Shown piece by piece: positions 9,359 to 17,642 of a stretch of DNA of 64,000 nt. The DNA lies in the IMG/VR virus record IMGVR_UViG_3300025389_001172, positions 77,322 through 141,321 of that record; one strand, given 5' to 3'. How positions within the stretch are numbered: position 1 is the stretch's first letter; the number at the start of each line of letters is the position of its first letter. The DNA comes from a virus. Lineage: Duplodnaviria; Caudoviricetes. A program made the translations under genes and the position numbers. The notes beneath the pieces are model-generated. The model was not told the DNA's origin. It worked only from the letters and a program-made list of their open reading frames with translations, and ran no database searches.

Positions 9359-10030
9359 TTACCCAAATTCAGGAAACAGTATCTCATCTACGAATTTGCG
9401 TATTACAGTTTCTTCTACACCCATTGAGACCATACTGCGTACTACATGCGGATTCTGCTTTTGATAACGGCAGTATCGATCTTGCTCCGCACGATAATCC
9501 GCATCTTCTTGCTTATAGCTTCCTATATTGGCCAGATAGTAGTGTAGGCTTTTCATCGCTATATGGCACAGTGATTCTAGTTCTGCTTCTTCATTGACAT
9601 TGCCCGCGGCTATCATGCTAGGACTGAATATGGCTCGGGCCCAATCGGGTAATTCTCTAGGCTTGTTCCACTGTAGATCTTCTGTTTCTTCGGCAAACCA
9701 TGACATCATAGGATGTTGAGGATCCGCAGTAGCTGAGAAATCTAGGAATGTGCCTGTGATCTTGTTTGGACCGCAGACAGCATCAAATCCCCAGATCGGA
9801 CCTGGATCATTTAATTTTGGAAATATAGTGCAGTGTAAGATGTATATTTTATGACTCTGTCGTTTATCTACGATTTCTACGTGGGCTCTACGGTATGAAC
9901 CGCTGTGGAATATGGCATTGTGCCAATCGTACCCTTCGATATGATTATTAAACAGTTTACCTGATGTGGCTAATTTATATTCTATATCTCGGGCTAATTT
10001 TTCTATACGGTCTTGTACATTAACAGTCAT
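9359..10030 (-). CDS. pcyX: ferredoxin-dependent bilin reductase (PcyX/PcyA family)
   Basis: RRAHVEIVD, LHCTIFP, PIWGFD, DFS, RELPDWARAIFSPSMIAAGNV, QKQNPH, LFP; adjacent to heme oxygenase. Confidence 0.88.
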   Translation of the reverse strand: MTVNVQDRIEKLARDIEYKLATSGKLFNNHIEGYDWHNAIFHSGSYRRAHVEIVDKRQSHKIYILHCTIFPKLNDPGPIWGFDAVCGPNKITGTFLDFSATADPQHPMMSWFAEETEDLQWNKPRELPDWARAIFSPSMIAAGNVNEEAELESLCHIAMKSLHYYLANIGSYKQEDADYRAEQDRYCRYQKQNPHVVRSMVSMGVEETVIRKFVDEILFPEFG

Positions 10031-10547
10031 AGGTCCCTAGTATCTTGATAGCCCAATCAAAAGCCACGTTGGCTTCATCAGCCATACTGTCATCTAGCAT
10101 ACCACGCAATACGAACATGAGGTCTTTGCTGTTTTCGAACTCTAGATGACTATGTGGAGCATCTATGATCTTCTTGATCATCTGTCCGCCAAACATATCA
10201 CCCATGTGCCAGGTATACAGGTGTGCCAGCACTGCGTTAGGATCGGTAAGGTCTCTGATATAACCGCAGTAGTCTGTGGTCTCTAGCTTTAAGAAATGTC
10301 GGTCATCTCTGCCCTGCATCATTTCTTCATAGTCTGCCAGTATGAGTTCTGCACGTTCGATGCCTGGGAGATCGTCTAACAGCCCTAGAGCCTGGCAGCG
10401 AATCTCGATACTCTTGTACCAAGAGTATTTTTGATAGGTATAATCGATCCATACCTCCATCGGCAGTGTGTGATCAAATACGGCCTGCATGAATCGAGTA
10501 CTTTCTGCGGCCTTGTGGCGTTCTTGTGTTAGTTCTTTGAGGCTCAT
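10020..10547 (-). CDS. hemO: heme oxygenase
   Basis: LKELTQERHKAAE (proximal His), AHLYTWHMGDMFGGQMIKK, EANVAFDW. Confidence 0.9.
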   Translation of the reverse strand: MSLKELTQERHKAAESTRFMQAVFDHTLPMEVWIDYTYQKYSWYKSIEIRCQALGLLDDLPGIERAELILADYEEMMQGRDDRHFLKLETTDYCGYIRDLTDPNAVLAHLYTWHMGDMFGGQMIKKIIDAPHSHLEFENSKDLMFVLRGMLDDSMADEANVAFDWAIKILGTYDC

Positions 10548-10855
10548 TCTGGTACTGCCTTGATCAATAATGGGAAGTTATTAGCACGGCTTAGCTCAGT
10601 GGCATCTATGACTTTCTGCTCAGCTATTTCGTGCGTGTAGATGCCCGCTACTCCGGAGCCTTCATCGTGTATCTGTTGGGTGATCCTGATCGCCGAATCA
10701 GTGGTATGTCTAAATATTCTAACCAGTAATAGAATTACAAATTCCACGGTTGTATAATCGTCATTGAGGATTACCACTTTATACCTGCTGGGTTCTTTGA
10801 TCCGTTTATCGGTAGTGTTGTCTACGATTACTACTTCTTCTATGTCAGTTGCCAT
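10544..10855 (-). CDS. clpS: ClpAP adaptor ClpS
   Basis: YKVVILNDDYTTVEFV, IHDEGSGVAGIYTHEIAEQK, FPL. Confidence 0.93.
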   Translation of the reverse strand: MATDIEEVVIVDNTTDKRIKEPSRYKVVILNDDYTTVEFVILLLVRIFRHTTDSAIRITQQIHDEGSGVAGIYTHEIAEQKVIDATELSRANNFPLLIKAVPE

Positions 10856-10880
10856 GATCTGTGTCGGTAGATAAAATTAA

Positions 10881-10903
10881 GTTGGGGGAGGATTCCCCCA
10901 ACT
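10881..10903. terminator. GC-rich hairpin after hsp20
   Basis: GTTGGGGGA-GGAT-TCCCCCAAC inverted repeat with A/T flank. Confidence 0.55.
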
Positions 10904-10906
10904 GTG

Positions 10907-11341
10907 TCACTCAGCCTTGATTTTTAATATTCTCGGCTTTAATGCTTCTGGAATAACACGAGTAAGTTCTATGGTCAGCACACCATTTCGTATGCGACCT
11001 TCACCTACTTCCATGTGTTCTGCCAGTGTCCAGCTACGAGTGAAATCACGTGTAGCCAGGCCACGCTGTAGATACACAGTATCTTCATCGTCGGCACCTT
11101 TTCGATGGCCTTTTACAACCAACTGATTTTGATCAACTTCGACTGCAATCTCGTCTGGTTCAAATCCTGTCACAGCGATCTCGATCTCATATGAGTTCTC
11201 ATCGTGTTTCAATATATTGAACGGAGGATAGTTGTTGTTGATTTGATTTGCAAAGCGTGCCTCGAAGTTATCGAATAAGCTGTCAAATCCTAATAGTGCT
11301 CTGTTTAGAGCGTTGGTGTCGAAACGTACTAATTGTGTCAT
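10907..11341 (-). CDS. small heat shock protein Hsp20 (IbpA-like)
   Basis: YPPFNI, IEIAVTGF, YLQRGLATRDFTRSWTLAE, NGVLTI. Confidence 0.93.
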   Translation of the reverse strand: MTQLVRFDTNALNRALLGFDSLFDNFEARFANQINNNYPPFNILKHDENSYEIEIAVTGFEPDEIAVEVDQNQLVVKGHRKGADDEDTVYLQRGLATRDFTRSWTLAEHMEVGEGRIRNGVLTIELTRVIPEALKPRILKIKAE

Positions 11342-11425
11342 TGTTTTCTCCTTGTTTAAGTAAGATATATGTAAGGCCCATTAGGTACCCTACATATATA
11401 TTTATACACTGATTTATTACCCCTG

Positions 11426-13321
11426 TCAATCTTTTTTCACTTCTGTAGCATCCACATCTACTACACCGTCATCTGCGGGCGGAGTATCAGTAGTAGCATC
11501 AGCAGGAGGCTCTTTGGCCTTTTGGATTGGCTGTGCTGCCGCATATAGGTCGCTGGTCTTCTGTGTGATCACTTCTCTGTCTTCACCCTTGACTGCTTCC
11601 TCTACTTCTGCCATGGCCGATTCGATCTTGGTGACTTCATCTGGTGTTAGTTTGTCTTTGACTTCTGCTAGATCAGCTCGGACTGAGTTCAACTGTGACT
11701 CTGCGAAGTTACGGGTTTCGATCAGCTCACGTTGCTTCTTGTCATCCTCGGCATTGGCTTCGGCTTCCTTGATCATGCGATCGATCTCTTCCTTGCTGAG
11801 TCCAGAATCACTCTTGATGGTGATCTTGTTTTCTTTGCCTGTACCCTTGTCCTTGGCACTGATCTTCATGATACCGTTGGCATCGATGTCAAAGGTCACT
11901 TCGATCTGCGGAGTACCACGGCGTGCTGGAGGAATACCAGTTAGGTCGAACTCGCCCAATAACTTGTTATAGTTGGCCAGTTCACGCTCACCTTGGAATA
12001 CCTTGATAGTCACGGCAGGTTGATTGTCTTCAGCTGTGGAGAACACCTGGCTGGTCTTGGTAGGGATAGTGGTGTTCTTCTGGATCACCTTGGTCATGAC
12101 CCCGCCCATGGTCTCGATACCTAGACTCAAAGGAGTCACGTCTAGCAACAGGACATCAGTTCGTCCACCACCTAGTACATCACCTTGGATGGCAGCACCA
12201 GCGGCCACCGCTTCGTCTGGGTTTACATCCTTGCGAGGAGCCTTGCCAAACAGTTTCTCTACGGCTTCCTGTACCTTGGGCATGCGAGTCATACCACCTA
12301 CCAGTATCACTTCGTCGATGTCGTCTGTAGTGACACCTGCATCTGTCATAGCGGTCTTGCATGGTGCTAGGCTTCGTTGGATCAACTCATCAACTAGGCT
12401 TTCCAGTTTGGCACGAGTCAGTTTGATATTAAGATGTTTTGGACCACTGGCATCTGCTGTGATGTAGGGCAGGTTGACATCTGTCTGTGCTGAACTAGAC
12501 AGTTCGATCTTGGCTTTTTCTGCGGCTTCTTTCAAGCGTTGCAGTGCCAATACGTCTTTGGTTAGATCAACACCTGAATCTTTCTTGAATGAGTCAACCA
12601 AGAAGTCCATGATGCGTTGGTCGAAGTCTTCACCGCCGAGGAATGTGTCACCGTTGGTAGACAAGACTTCGATCTGCTTTTCACCTTCCACGTTGGCGAT
12701 CTCGATAATGCTGACATCAAATGTACCACCACCTAGATCATAGACAGCGATCTTGCGATCTTTTTTATCCTGTTTGTCTACACCATAGGCCAAGGCAGCC
12801 GCTGTGGGTTCGTTGATGATACGCAGGACTTCTAAGCCTGCGATCTTTCCTGCATCTTTGGTAGCTTGACGTTGTGAATCATTGAAGTAGGCTGGAACTG
12901 TGATAACCGCCTGATCAACTTCGTAGCCAAGATAGTCTTCAGCGGTCTTTTTCATCTTGCGGAGAACTTCTGCTGAGATCTGCGGAGGTGCTAGTTTTTC
13001 ACCGTTGGCTTCTACCCACGCATCTCCGTTGTCTGCTTGGATGATCTGGTAGGGCATCAAGTCGATGTCTTTCTGTACAGCATCTTCTGTAAATTTACGA
13101 CCGATCAAGCGTTTAGACGCATAGATCGTGTTCTTTGGATTGGTCACTGCCTGGCGTTTAGCTGAGGCACCGACTAGGATTTCATCGTTGGCATAGGCCA
13201 CGATGGATGGCGTTGTACGAGCGCCTTCTGAATTTTCGATTACTTTGGGGATTCCGCCTTCGATAACAGCCACGCAACTATTAGTGGTGCCAAGGTCAAT
13301 TCCGATCACAACTTTACTCAT
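11426..13321 (-). CDS. dnaK: chaperone DnaK (Hsp70)
   Basis: [33 protein letters not shown]; start corrected to MSKVVIG (AAGGAG RBS). Confidence 0.97.
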   Translation of the reverse strand: MSKVVIGIDLGTTNSCVAVIEGGIPKVIENSEGARTTPSIVAYANDEILVGASAKRQAVTNPKNTIYASKRLIGRKFTEDAVQKDIDLMPYQIIQADNGDAWVEANGEKLAPPQISAEVLRKMKKTAEDYLGYEVDQAVITVPAYFNDSQRQATKDAGKIAGLEVLRIINEPTAAALAYGVDKQDKKDRKIAVYDLGGGTFDVSIIEIANVEGEKQIEVLSTNGDTFLGGEDFDQRIMDFLVDSFKKDSGVDLTKDVLALQRLKEAAEKAKIELSSSAQTDVNLPYITADASGPKHLNIKLTRAKLESLVDELIQRSLAPCKTAMTDAGVTTDDIDEVILVGGMTRMPKVQEAVEKLFGKAPRKDVNPDEAVAAGAAIQGDVLGGGRTDVLLLDVTPLSLGIETMGGVMTKVIQKNTTIPTKTSQVFSTAEDNQPAVTIKVFQGERELANYNKLLGEFDLTGIPPARRGTPQIEVTFDIDANGIMKISAKDKGTGKENKITIKSDSGLSKEEIDRMIKEAEANAEDDKKQRELIETRNFAESQLNSVRADLAEVKDKLTPDEVTKIESAMAEVEEAVKGEDREVITQKTSDLYAAAQPIQKAKEPPADATTDTPPADDGVVDVDATEVKKD

Positions 13322-13401
13322 TAGTTTTCTCCTTATTAAGTGAGTATATCCGGGCACTATGCCCATTCGTAGCATCCATTAGGTATACCACACCTTTATT
13401 T

Positions 13402-13430
13402 AGTATACATTTAATCTATCTTTTTGTCAA
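13402..13430 (-). promoter_or_regulatory. sigma70-like promoter for dnaK overlapping a TAAATA element
   Basis: TTGACA-17 bp-TATACT followed by AAATA; hsp20 has the analogous TTGACA-17-TATAAATA. Confidence 0.6.
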
Positions 13431-13719
13431 CCTGATCTTCGTCAATCACATGATCCGCCACTGGTCCAAACCGATCTAGATAGTTTTCTTTGTAGCTCTT
13501 TTTAGATGCTTCAGCATCGTATTCTGCCTGCAATTCGCTATTTTCCTTGATTTTTAACAGCCAAGGATGGAGCAGTTTATCAGTGATCCTGCGACTCAGT
13601 TCTTCTATGACCTGTTCAGCGGGCTCGCCCTGTGCGATACGTTGTAGTGCTATGCCGTACTCATAGATGCGGACACGTTCTACCCACTTTTCATATTCTT
13701 CGTTAGGATCGTATTTCAT
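13411..13719 (-). CDS. stand-alone glutamyl-tRNA reductase (HemA) dimerisation-domain-like protein
   Basis: ERVRIYEYGIALQRIAQGEPAEQVIEELSRRITDKLLHP resembles the HemA C-terminal helical domain; start MKYDP by ATGA overlap. Confidence 0.65.
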   Translation of the reverse strand: MKYDPNEEYEKWVERVRIYEYGIALQRIAQGEPAEQVIEELSRRITDKLLHPWLLKIKENSELQAEYDAEASKKSYKENYLDRFGPVADHVIDEDQVDKKID

Positions 13720-13943
13720 CCGCCCCACCTCAACATAAACATAAGCTGATCCTGTTCTGTCTTGAAAAAATATGTGCTACGATAGTCTGGATCGAATACT
13801 GCCGCCGCGGGATCTTCTCCTAACTTGTACCAAGTTTCATTCCAAGGTCCTATATTTTCTACGCACCACTGCTGTACCTCGGGCCACCGATGTTTGGTAT
13901 AGGCTGTATATATTAATCTTTTGTTAAGTTTAGGATAGGTCAT
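13716..13943 (-). CDS. LRW-family small protein
   Basis: WC..G..W..YFF..EQDQLMFMLRWGG; start by TAATG overlap. Confidence 0.75.
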   Translation of the reverse strand: MTYPKLNKRLIYTAYTKHRWPEVQQWCVENIGPWNETWYKLGEDPAAAVFDPDYRSTYFFKTEQDQLMFMLRWGG

Positions 13944-14158
13944 TATGATCCCCACCTCAATAAGAACATCATATGATCTTGGGCACTGTGGAACTCAAAA
14001 ACACCGTCTCCAATGTACCACCATCCTCGATGGCCAAATCTCTCTTCACACCATTCCAGGCAAGGCTTCCAACCCAGATAACGATGGCCTGATATAGTGT
14101 TTAGTGATTCATATGGTGCAGGTATGCTGGCTATATGTCTTTTTGATATTTCGTTCAT
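13943..14158 (-). CDS. LRW-family small protein
   Basis: MNEISK...WCEERFG...FEFHSAQDHMMFLLRWGS. Confidence 0.75.
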   Translation of the reverse strand: MNEISKRHIASIPAPYESLNTISGHRYLGWKPCLEWCEERFGHRGWWYIGDGVFEFHSAQDHMMFLLRWGS

Positions 14159-14343
14159 TATGAACCCCACCTTAATAAGAACATCATATGATCCTGAGCA
14201 TTGTAGAAATATATACACCTGTTTCTTTCAAACCAAGTCTTGTGTCCAACAGGTCCAAACTGTCGGTAGCACCAGCTTAAAACCTCCAGATCCACCTGAT
14301 TGTTTAACTCAACTATGTGGTATTCGTGACGATCTACCTTCAT
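14158..14343 (-). CDS. LRW-family small protein
   Basis: MKVDRH...WCYRQFGP...YFYNAQDHMMFLLRWGS. Confidence 0.75.
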   Translation of the reverse strand: MKVDRHEYHIVELNNQVDLEVLSWCYRQFGPVGHKTWFERNRCIYFYNAQDHMMFLLRWGS

Positions 14344-14543
14344 AGCCACCTCAACACAAACATTAAATAATCCTGCTCACGATTAAACTCAAATACACCT
14401 TCACCCTGGTACCGCCAACCGGCCTTGACAGTTTGCTCGCACCAGCGTATGCAGGGTGACCATCCTGGATAGGTTAGGCCCATAATTTCCTGCTGACCTG
14501 GAGATGAGACGCTGGCTATATATCTATCTTGTTGACTGTTCAC
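14340..14543 (-). CDS. LRW-family small protein
   Basis: GTG start (GTGA overlap); WCEQTV...FEFNREQDYLMFVLRWL. Confidence 0.75.
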   Translation of the reverse strand: MNSQQDRYIASVSSPGQQEIMGLTYPGWSPCIRWCEQTVKAGWRYQGEGVFEFNREQDYLMFVLRWL

Positions 14544-14854
14544 GACCACCTCAAAATAAACATAGTAGCATCTTTTTCTTTTTCAAAGATAAAGTCTCGG
14601 CCCCGACGCTCGTATGCACCTTTACAATTTTCTTCCAACCAGTACCTGATATCTATGGCGTGTTTGTTATCTACTAGAGTAGGCAACATAACACGAGTCC
14701 ATCCTATACTTTTGAGCATACCCCAAAGTATTTCACGATCAATTTCTTCTTGCATTTCCTTGGCCTTAGCTTCTATCATTTCTTTTTCTAAGATAGTCTG
14801 CTGGTCATTTACCCACGTTTTCATACTGTCTATACATTCTGGACTTAGATTCAT
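14540..14854 (-). CDS. LRW-family small protein
   Basis: MQEEIDREI...WLEENC...FIFEKEKDATMFILRWS. Confidence 0.75.
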   Translation of the reverse strand: MNLSPECIDSMKTWVNDQQTILEKEMIEAKAKEMQEEIDREILWGMLKSIGWTRVMLPTLVDNKHAIDIRYWLEENCKGAYERRGRDFIFEKEKDATMFILRWS

Positions 14855-15099
14855 GCCCACCTCAGGGTAAACAACAAATAATCCCGTTCATCCTGCCACA
14901 CCACCCGGTCAGGATTATACATAATTCTAACACCGGGATTTAGCTCTTCAAACTTACGATCAAATAACCGTTCTCGAGTATGATTATTACAATCTGGATA
15001 ATTTGAACTTATGTAATACACACAGTTTAACAAAGATTTGGGTATCTTTTTCATTCGTTCTTCGTGTGGAAAATCTACAGGAATTACAATTTCTATCAT
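14851..15099 (-). CDS. LRW-family small protein
   Basis: MIEIV...WQDERDYLLFTLRWA. Confidence 0.7.
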   Translation of the reverse strand: MIEIVIPVDFPHEERMKKIPKSLLNCVYYISSNYPDCNNHTRERLFDRKFEELNPGVRIMYNPDRVVWQDERDYLLFTLRWA

Positions 15100-15314
15100 G
15101 ACCACCTCAATAAAAACAATGTGTATAATTTTTTGTCGAGTTGGTAGCATCTCTGGCCGTCCCGGGTCTCCCCTACCGTCCAGGGACCTTGTTGTCTTAT
15201 CCAGATTTCAATTTCTTCTCGATAGACTTCTACCACAACAATATGATGCGTTTTGCCTAAAACTTGAAATCCGGGCATGACCTTACCAAAACAATCAAGG
15301 TATATATATGTCAT
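15096..15314 (-). CDS. LRW-family small protein
   Basis: MTYIY...LYTLFLLRWS. Confidence 0.7.
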   Translation of the reverse strand: MTYIYLDCFGKVMPGFQVLGKTHHIVVVEVYREEIEIWIRQQGPWTVGETRDGQRCYQLDKKLYTLFLLRWS

Positions 15315-15501
15315 AGCCACCTCAGTGCAAATAGTGCGGCTTTTTTTGGACAGTCGAATTCCCACCGTCGGCCCATACCGCGTTCTCGCCTAGATATCGG
15401 CCCAGTCTGAATTTGAGACCCAGAGATTCTATTATTTCCCGGTCAATTTGGTCTTGCATTGCCTTTGCTATTGATGTCATTATTGCATCTTCTGTAATCA
15501 T
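15311..15501 (-). pseudogene. frameshifted LRW-family cassette
   Basis: Frame 0 MITEDA...MQDQIDREI stops at 15322; the -1 frame reads GMGRRWEFDCPKKAALFALRWL* ending at 15311 with the usual ATGA overlap. Confidence 0.65.
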
Positions 15502-15728
15502 AGCCACCTCAACAAGAACATGGCCAGATCTTGTTCTTTCTCGAAACGAAAGATATGATAGGCCATACGAGCGTGATAACCCAGGGTGTCAATACACCAC
15601 TGATTGATCTCATCATAGATCGATTCTGTGAGGGGAACGGCATAATCTACACCAGATAGTTTATACGAGGGTTGATCCCACACCTCGGCTACCCATTTAC
15701 GTCCCTGTCGTCTGTAGTCTATGTCCAT
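15498..15728 (-). CDS. LRW-family small protein
   Basis: WCIDTLG...FRFEKEQDLAMFLLRWL. Confidence 0.75.
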   Translation of the reverse strand: MDIDYRRQGRKWVAEVWDQPSYKLSGVDYAVPLTESIYDEINQWCIDTLGYHARMAYHIFRFEKEQDLAMFLLRWL

Positions 15729-15973
15729 TCTGCGTATTTCATCTTAAACATCAGTATATCCTTGTCATCCCAGAAGTAAAATCCATAACAGACGTCATAC
15801 ATGGGACTGACGTCGCTGGTGTTGACTTCTTCCATCCATAGGAAACTATGGCAGTTCTCTATGGCCCAGTATTTGATATCTTTGATCTTTGGCGGATCTC
15901 CTAACACTATCAGCGTACACTGATCTAGGAGTTCCTGTGGAGGTTCATAGGGAAATAAGTAGTTACTGATCAT
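15719..15973 (-). CDS. LRW-family small protein, divergent end
   Basis: WAIENC...FYFWDDKDILMFKMKY. Confidence 0.65.
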   Translation of the reverse strand: MISNYLFPYEPPQELLDQCTLIVLGDPPKIKDIKYWAIENCHSFLWMEEVNTSDVSPMYDVCYGFYFWDDKDILMFKMKYAEWT

Positions 15974-16230
15974 CTCATCAGGCTCCCTACAAACTCCACG
16001 GTGATCTGAGACTCAGGTATGACATCCCCTCCATGTTCCAATATAAACATAGTAGCATCTTTTTCACTGACAAAATGCCAGTCCATCCAATCTGTATCTA
16101 TATTGGTCATGTATCTATCACCGGGCAGTCCGAACTGTTCAAAGGTGCGTGCCAAGATCTCATTCCACATGACATGCTCGTTGGCAGGATCATTGATCTC
16201 ATTCCAATAGAGTCGCACAGTTGTGGTCAT
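15970..16230 (-). CDS. LRW-family small protein, extended end
   Basis: FGLPGDRY...WHFVSEKDATMFILEHG. Confidence 0.65.
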   Translation of the reverse strand: MTTTVRLYWNEINDPANEHVMWNEILARTFEQFGLPGDRYMTNIDTDWMDWHFVSEKDATMFILEHGGDVIPESQITVEFVGSLMR

Positions 16231-17051
16231 ACAGTAAACGAAAATCCAGGATCAAAATGGTCTGTGGGCTCATAGCCAACATAGCCACGAGGATTACTGA
16301 CAACACGAGTCTCACCGATATAATAACTTACCGGATCGTGCATATGGCCATGTACCCAAGTATGGATGTTGGGATTGTCCAGAATGAACTGATCCATGTT
16401 GCTGGAGTATCCACCATTCATAGTGGTATCATACCGATATTTCTCGTTGACACTCTGGAAGCTGGGAGAGTGATGAGTAATCACAACAAAGGGCTTGTCA
16501 CGGTTCAACTCCAATATGGTCTTGAAATACTGTTTGGTCTTGAAGTGTATCTCAGCAGTACGTTCCGGCGTCAGCTTGTGCCAGACGCTTCTATCAGGAT
16601 AGAATTCTGTGATTGCCCTGTAGTCATTCATCCCCATCTTGAGATGCATGGCCGTGATTGGGTCGCCTCCATTGAGGTCGGTCCATAGGGTAGAGCCCAT
16701 AAACATGACTCCACGATATTCTTCTACCTGATCCTCTAGCAGGGTCACGTTGGCTGGCAAGATCTTTAGGAGTTCATCGTAGGTCTTGTAGAGTTTGCCA
16801 CCATAGTGCTCGTGATTGCCCATGACCATGAATACCTTGTCATATTTGGCGCATTCTACACGGAAGAATTCACTACAGGGAAATTCTCGATTGGGTTCTC
16901 CGGTTGGGTATAGAGTTTTGGTACTGTGGAATTCTGTGGTGAGCCTGCGAGCTTCGCAGACGTCACCGGCGAGAATTAAAACCTCCCCACCTGGGAGTTC
17001 GCAGTATCCACCAACATCTAGATGTAAATCACTTACCAAACTCACCTTCAT
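16227..17051 (-). CDS. calcineurin-like metallophosphoesterase
   Basis: VSDLH, LAGD, GNHEHY, TLWTD, THHSP, HGHMH, NPRGY. Confidence 0.9.
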   Translation of the reverse strand: MKVSLVSDLHLDVGGYCELPGGEVLILAGDVCEARRLTTEFHSTKTLYPTGEPNREFPCSEFFRVECAKYDKVFMVMGNHEHYGGKLYKTYDELLKILPANVTLLEDQVEEYRGVMFMGSTLWTDLNGGDPITAMHLKMGMNDYRAITEFYPDRSVWHKLTPERTAEIHFKTKQYFKTILELNRDKPFVVITHHSPSFQSVNEKYRYDTTMNGGYSSNMDQFILDNPNIHTWVHGHMHDPVSYYIGETRVVSNPRGYVGYEPTDHFDPGFSFTV

Positions 17052-17052
17052 A

Positions 17053-17319
17053 TCAACTCCACCTTAATCCAAAATGTGCGGCTTCTTTTTCAGAGCCAAA
17101 ATAGATACGGATCCTACCGTTGTCGGCACTCATCCACGCCCACAGTGTATTCTTTTTACCAGTTTTATAGTAGTAGTCCAGCTCACAGCTAGGTCCCCAG
17201 GTTTCCCAGCACCACTGTCTGTGTTCTACAAATGTGTCGGCATCTTTATAGATATACTGAACCATATGGGTAAACGTATCTCCACCTGAGTATTGACGTG
17301 TTAGTTTTTTGATCTTCAT
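17053..17319 (-). CDS. LRW-family small protein, first gene of the early operon
   Basis: WCWETWGPS...IYFGSEKEAAHFGLRWS; ATG 6 nt after TATAAT. Confidence 0.75.
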   Translation of the reverse strand: MKIKKLTRQYSGGDTFTHMVQYIYKDADTFVEHRQWCWETWGPSCELDYYYKTGKKNTLWAWMSADNGRIRIYFGSEKEAAHFGLRWS

Positions 17320-17325
17320 ATTATT

Positions 17326-17354
17326 ATTATACAATCTTTTTGGTAAAAAGTCAA
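17326..17354 (-). promoter_or_regulatory. sigma70 early promoter for the LRW array
   Basis: TTGACT-17 bp-TATAAT. Confidence 0.75.
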
Positions 17355-17369
17355 CATATAAATATACTT

Positions 17370-17519
17370 ATGAACAACAATGATGAGTACATTGAACCAC
17401 CTCCAGAACCACTAACACAGGGAGAGTGGATCTTCTTCGGAATAGCACTCACTTTCCTATTTTTCGAACTATACTACATGTGGACATGGTGCCAATGGAT
17501 ATCAAATTGCCCCAGATGA
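17370..17519 (+). CDS. small single-pass membrane protein (49 aa)
   Basis: MNNNDEYIEPPPEPLTQGEWIFFGIALTFLFFELYYMWTWCQWISNCPR; TATAAATA 5 nt upstream; followed by ATGA-coupled 24-aa ORF 17516-17590. Confidence 0.55.
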   Translation: MNNNDEYIEPPPEPLTQGEWIFFGIALTFLFFELYYMWTWCQWISNCPR

Positions 17520-17642
17520 ACAGAGAATTTTGGAAAGAAGCGGTAGATATCTGGACGGAAATACTAGCCGCACTCGCCGAAACTAGATAGTAATACCGGG
17601 AATCTCAACCGGATTTAATTTTTCTTTTTTAATTTTTACCGG

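Noticed and set aside
15322-15350. Programmed -1 frameshift at the A7 run
   Set aside because: Family similarity in the -1 frame begins upstream of the run (WEFD) and the gene is shorter than its paralogue, favouring a deletion
13716-15530. Regularly recurring CCACCTCA motif as a CRISPR array or attC sites
   Set aside because: Units are 190-315 bp open reading frames, the repeat is degenerate and non-palindromic, and no cas or integrase gene is present
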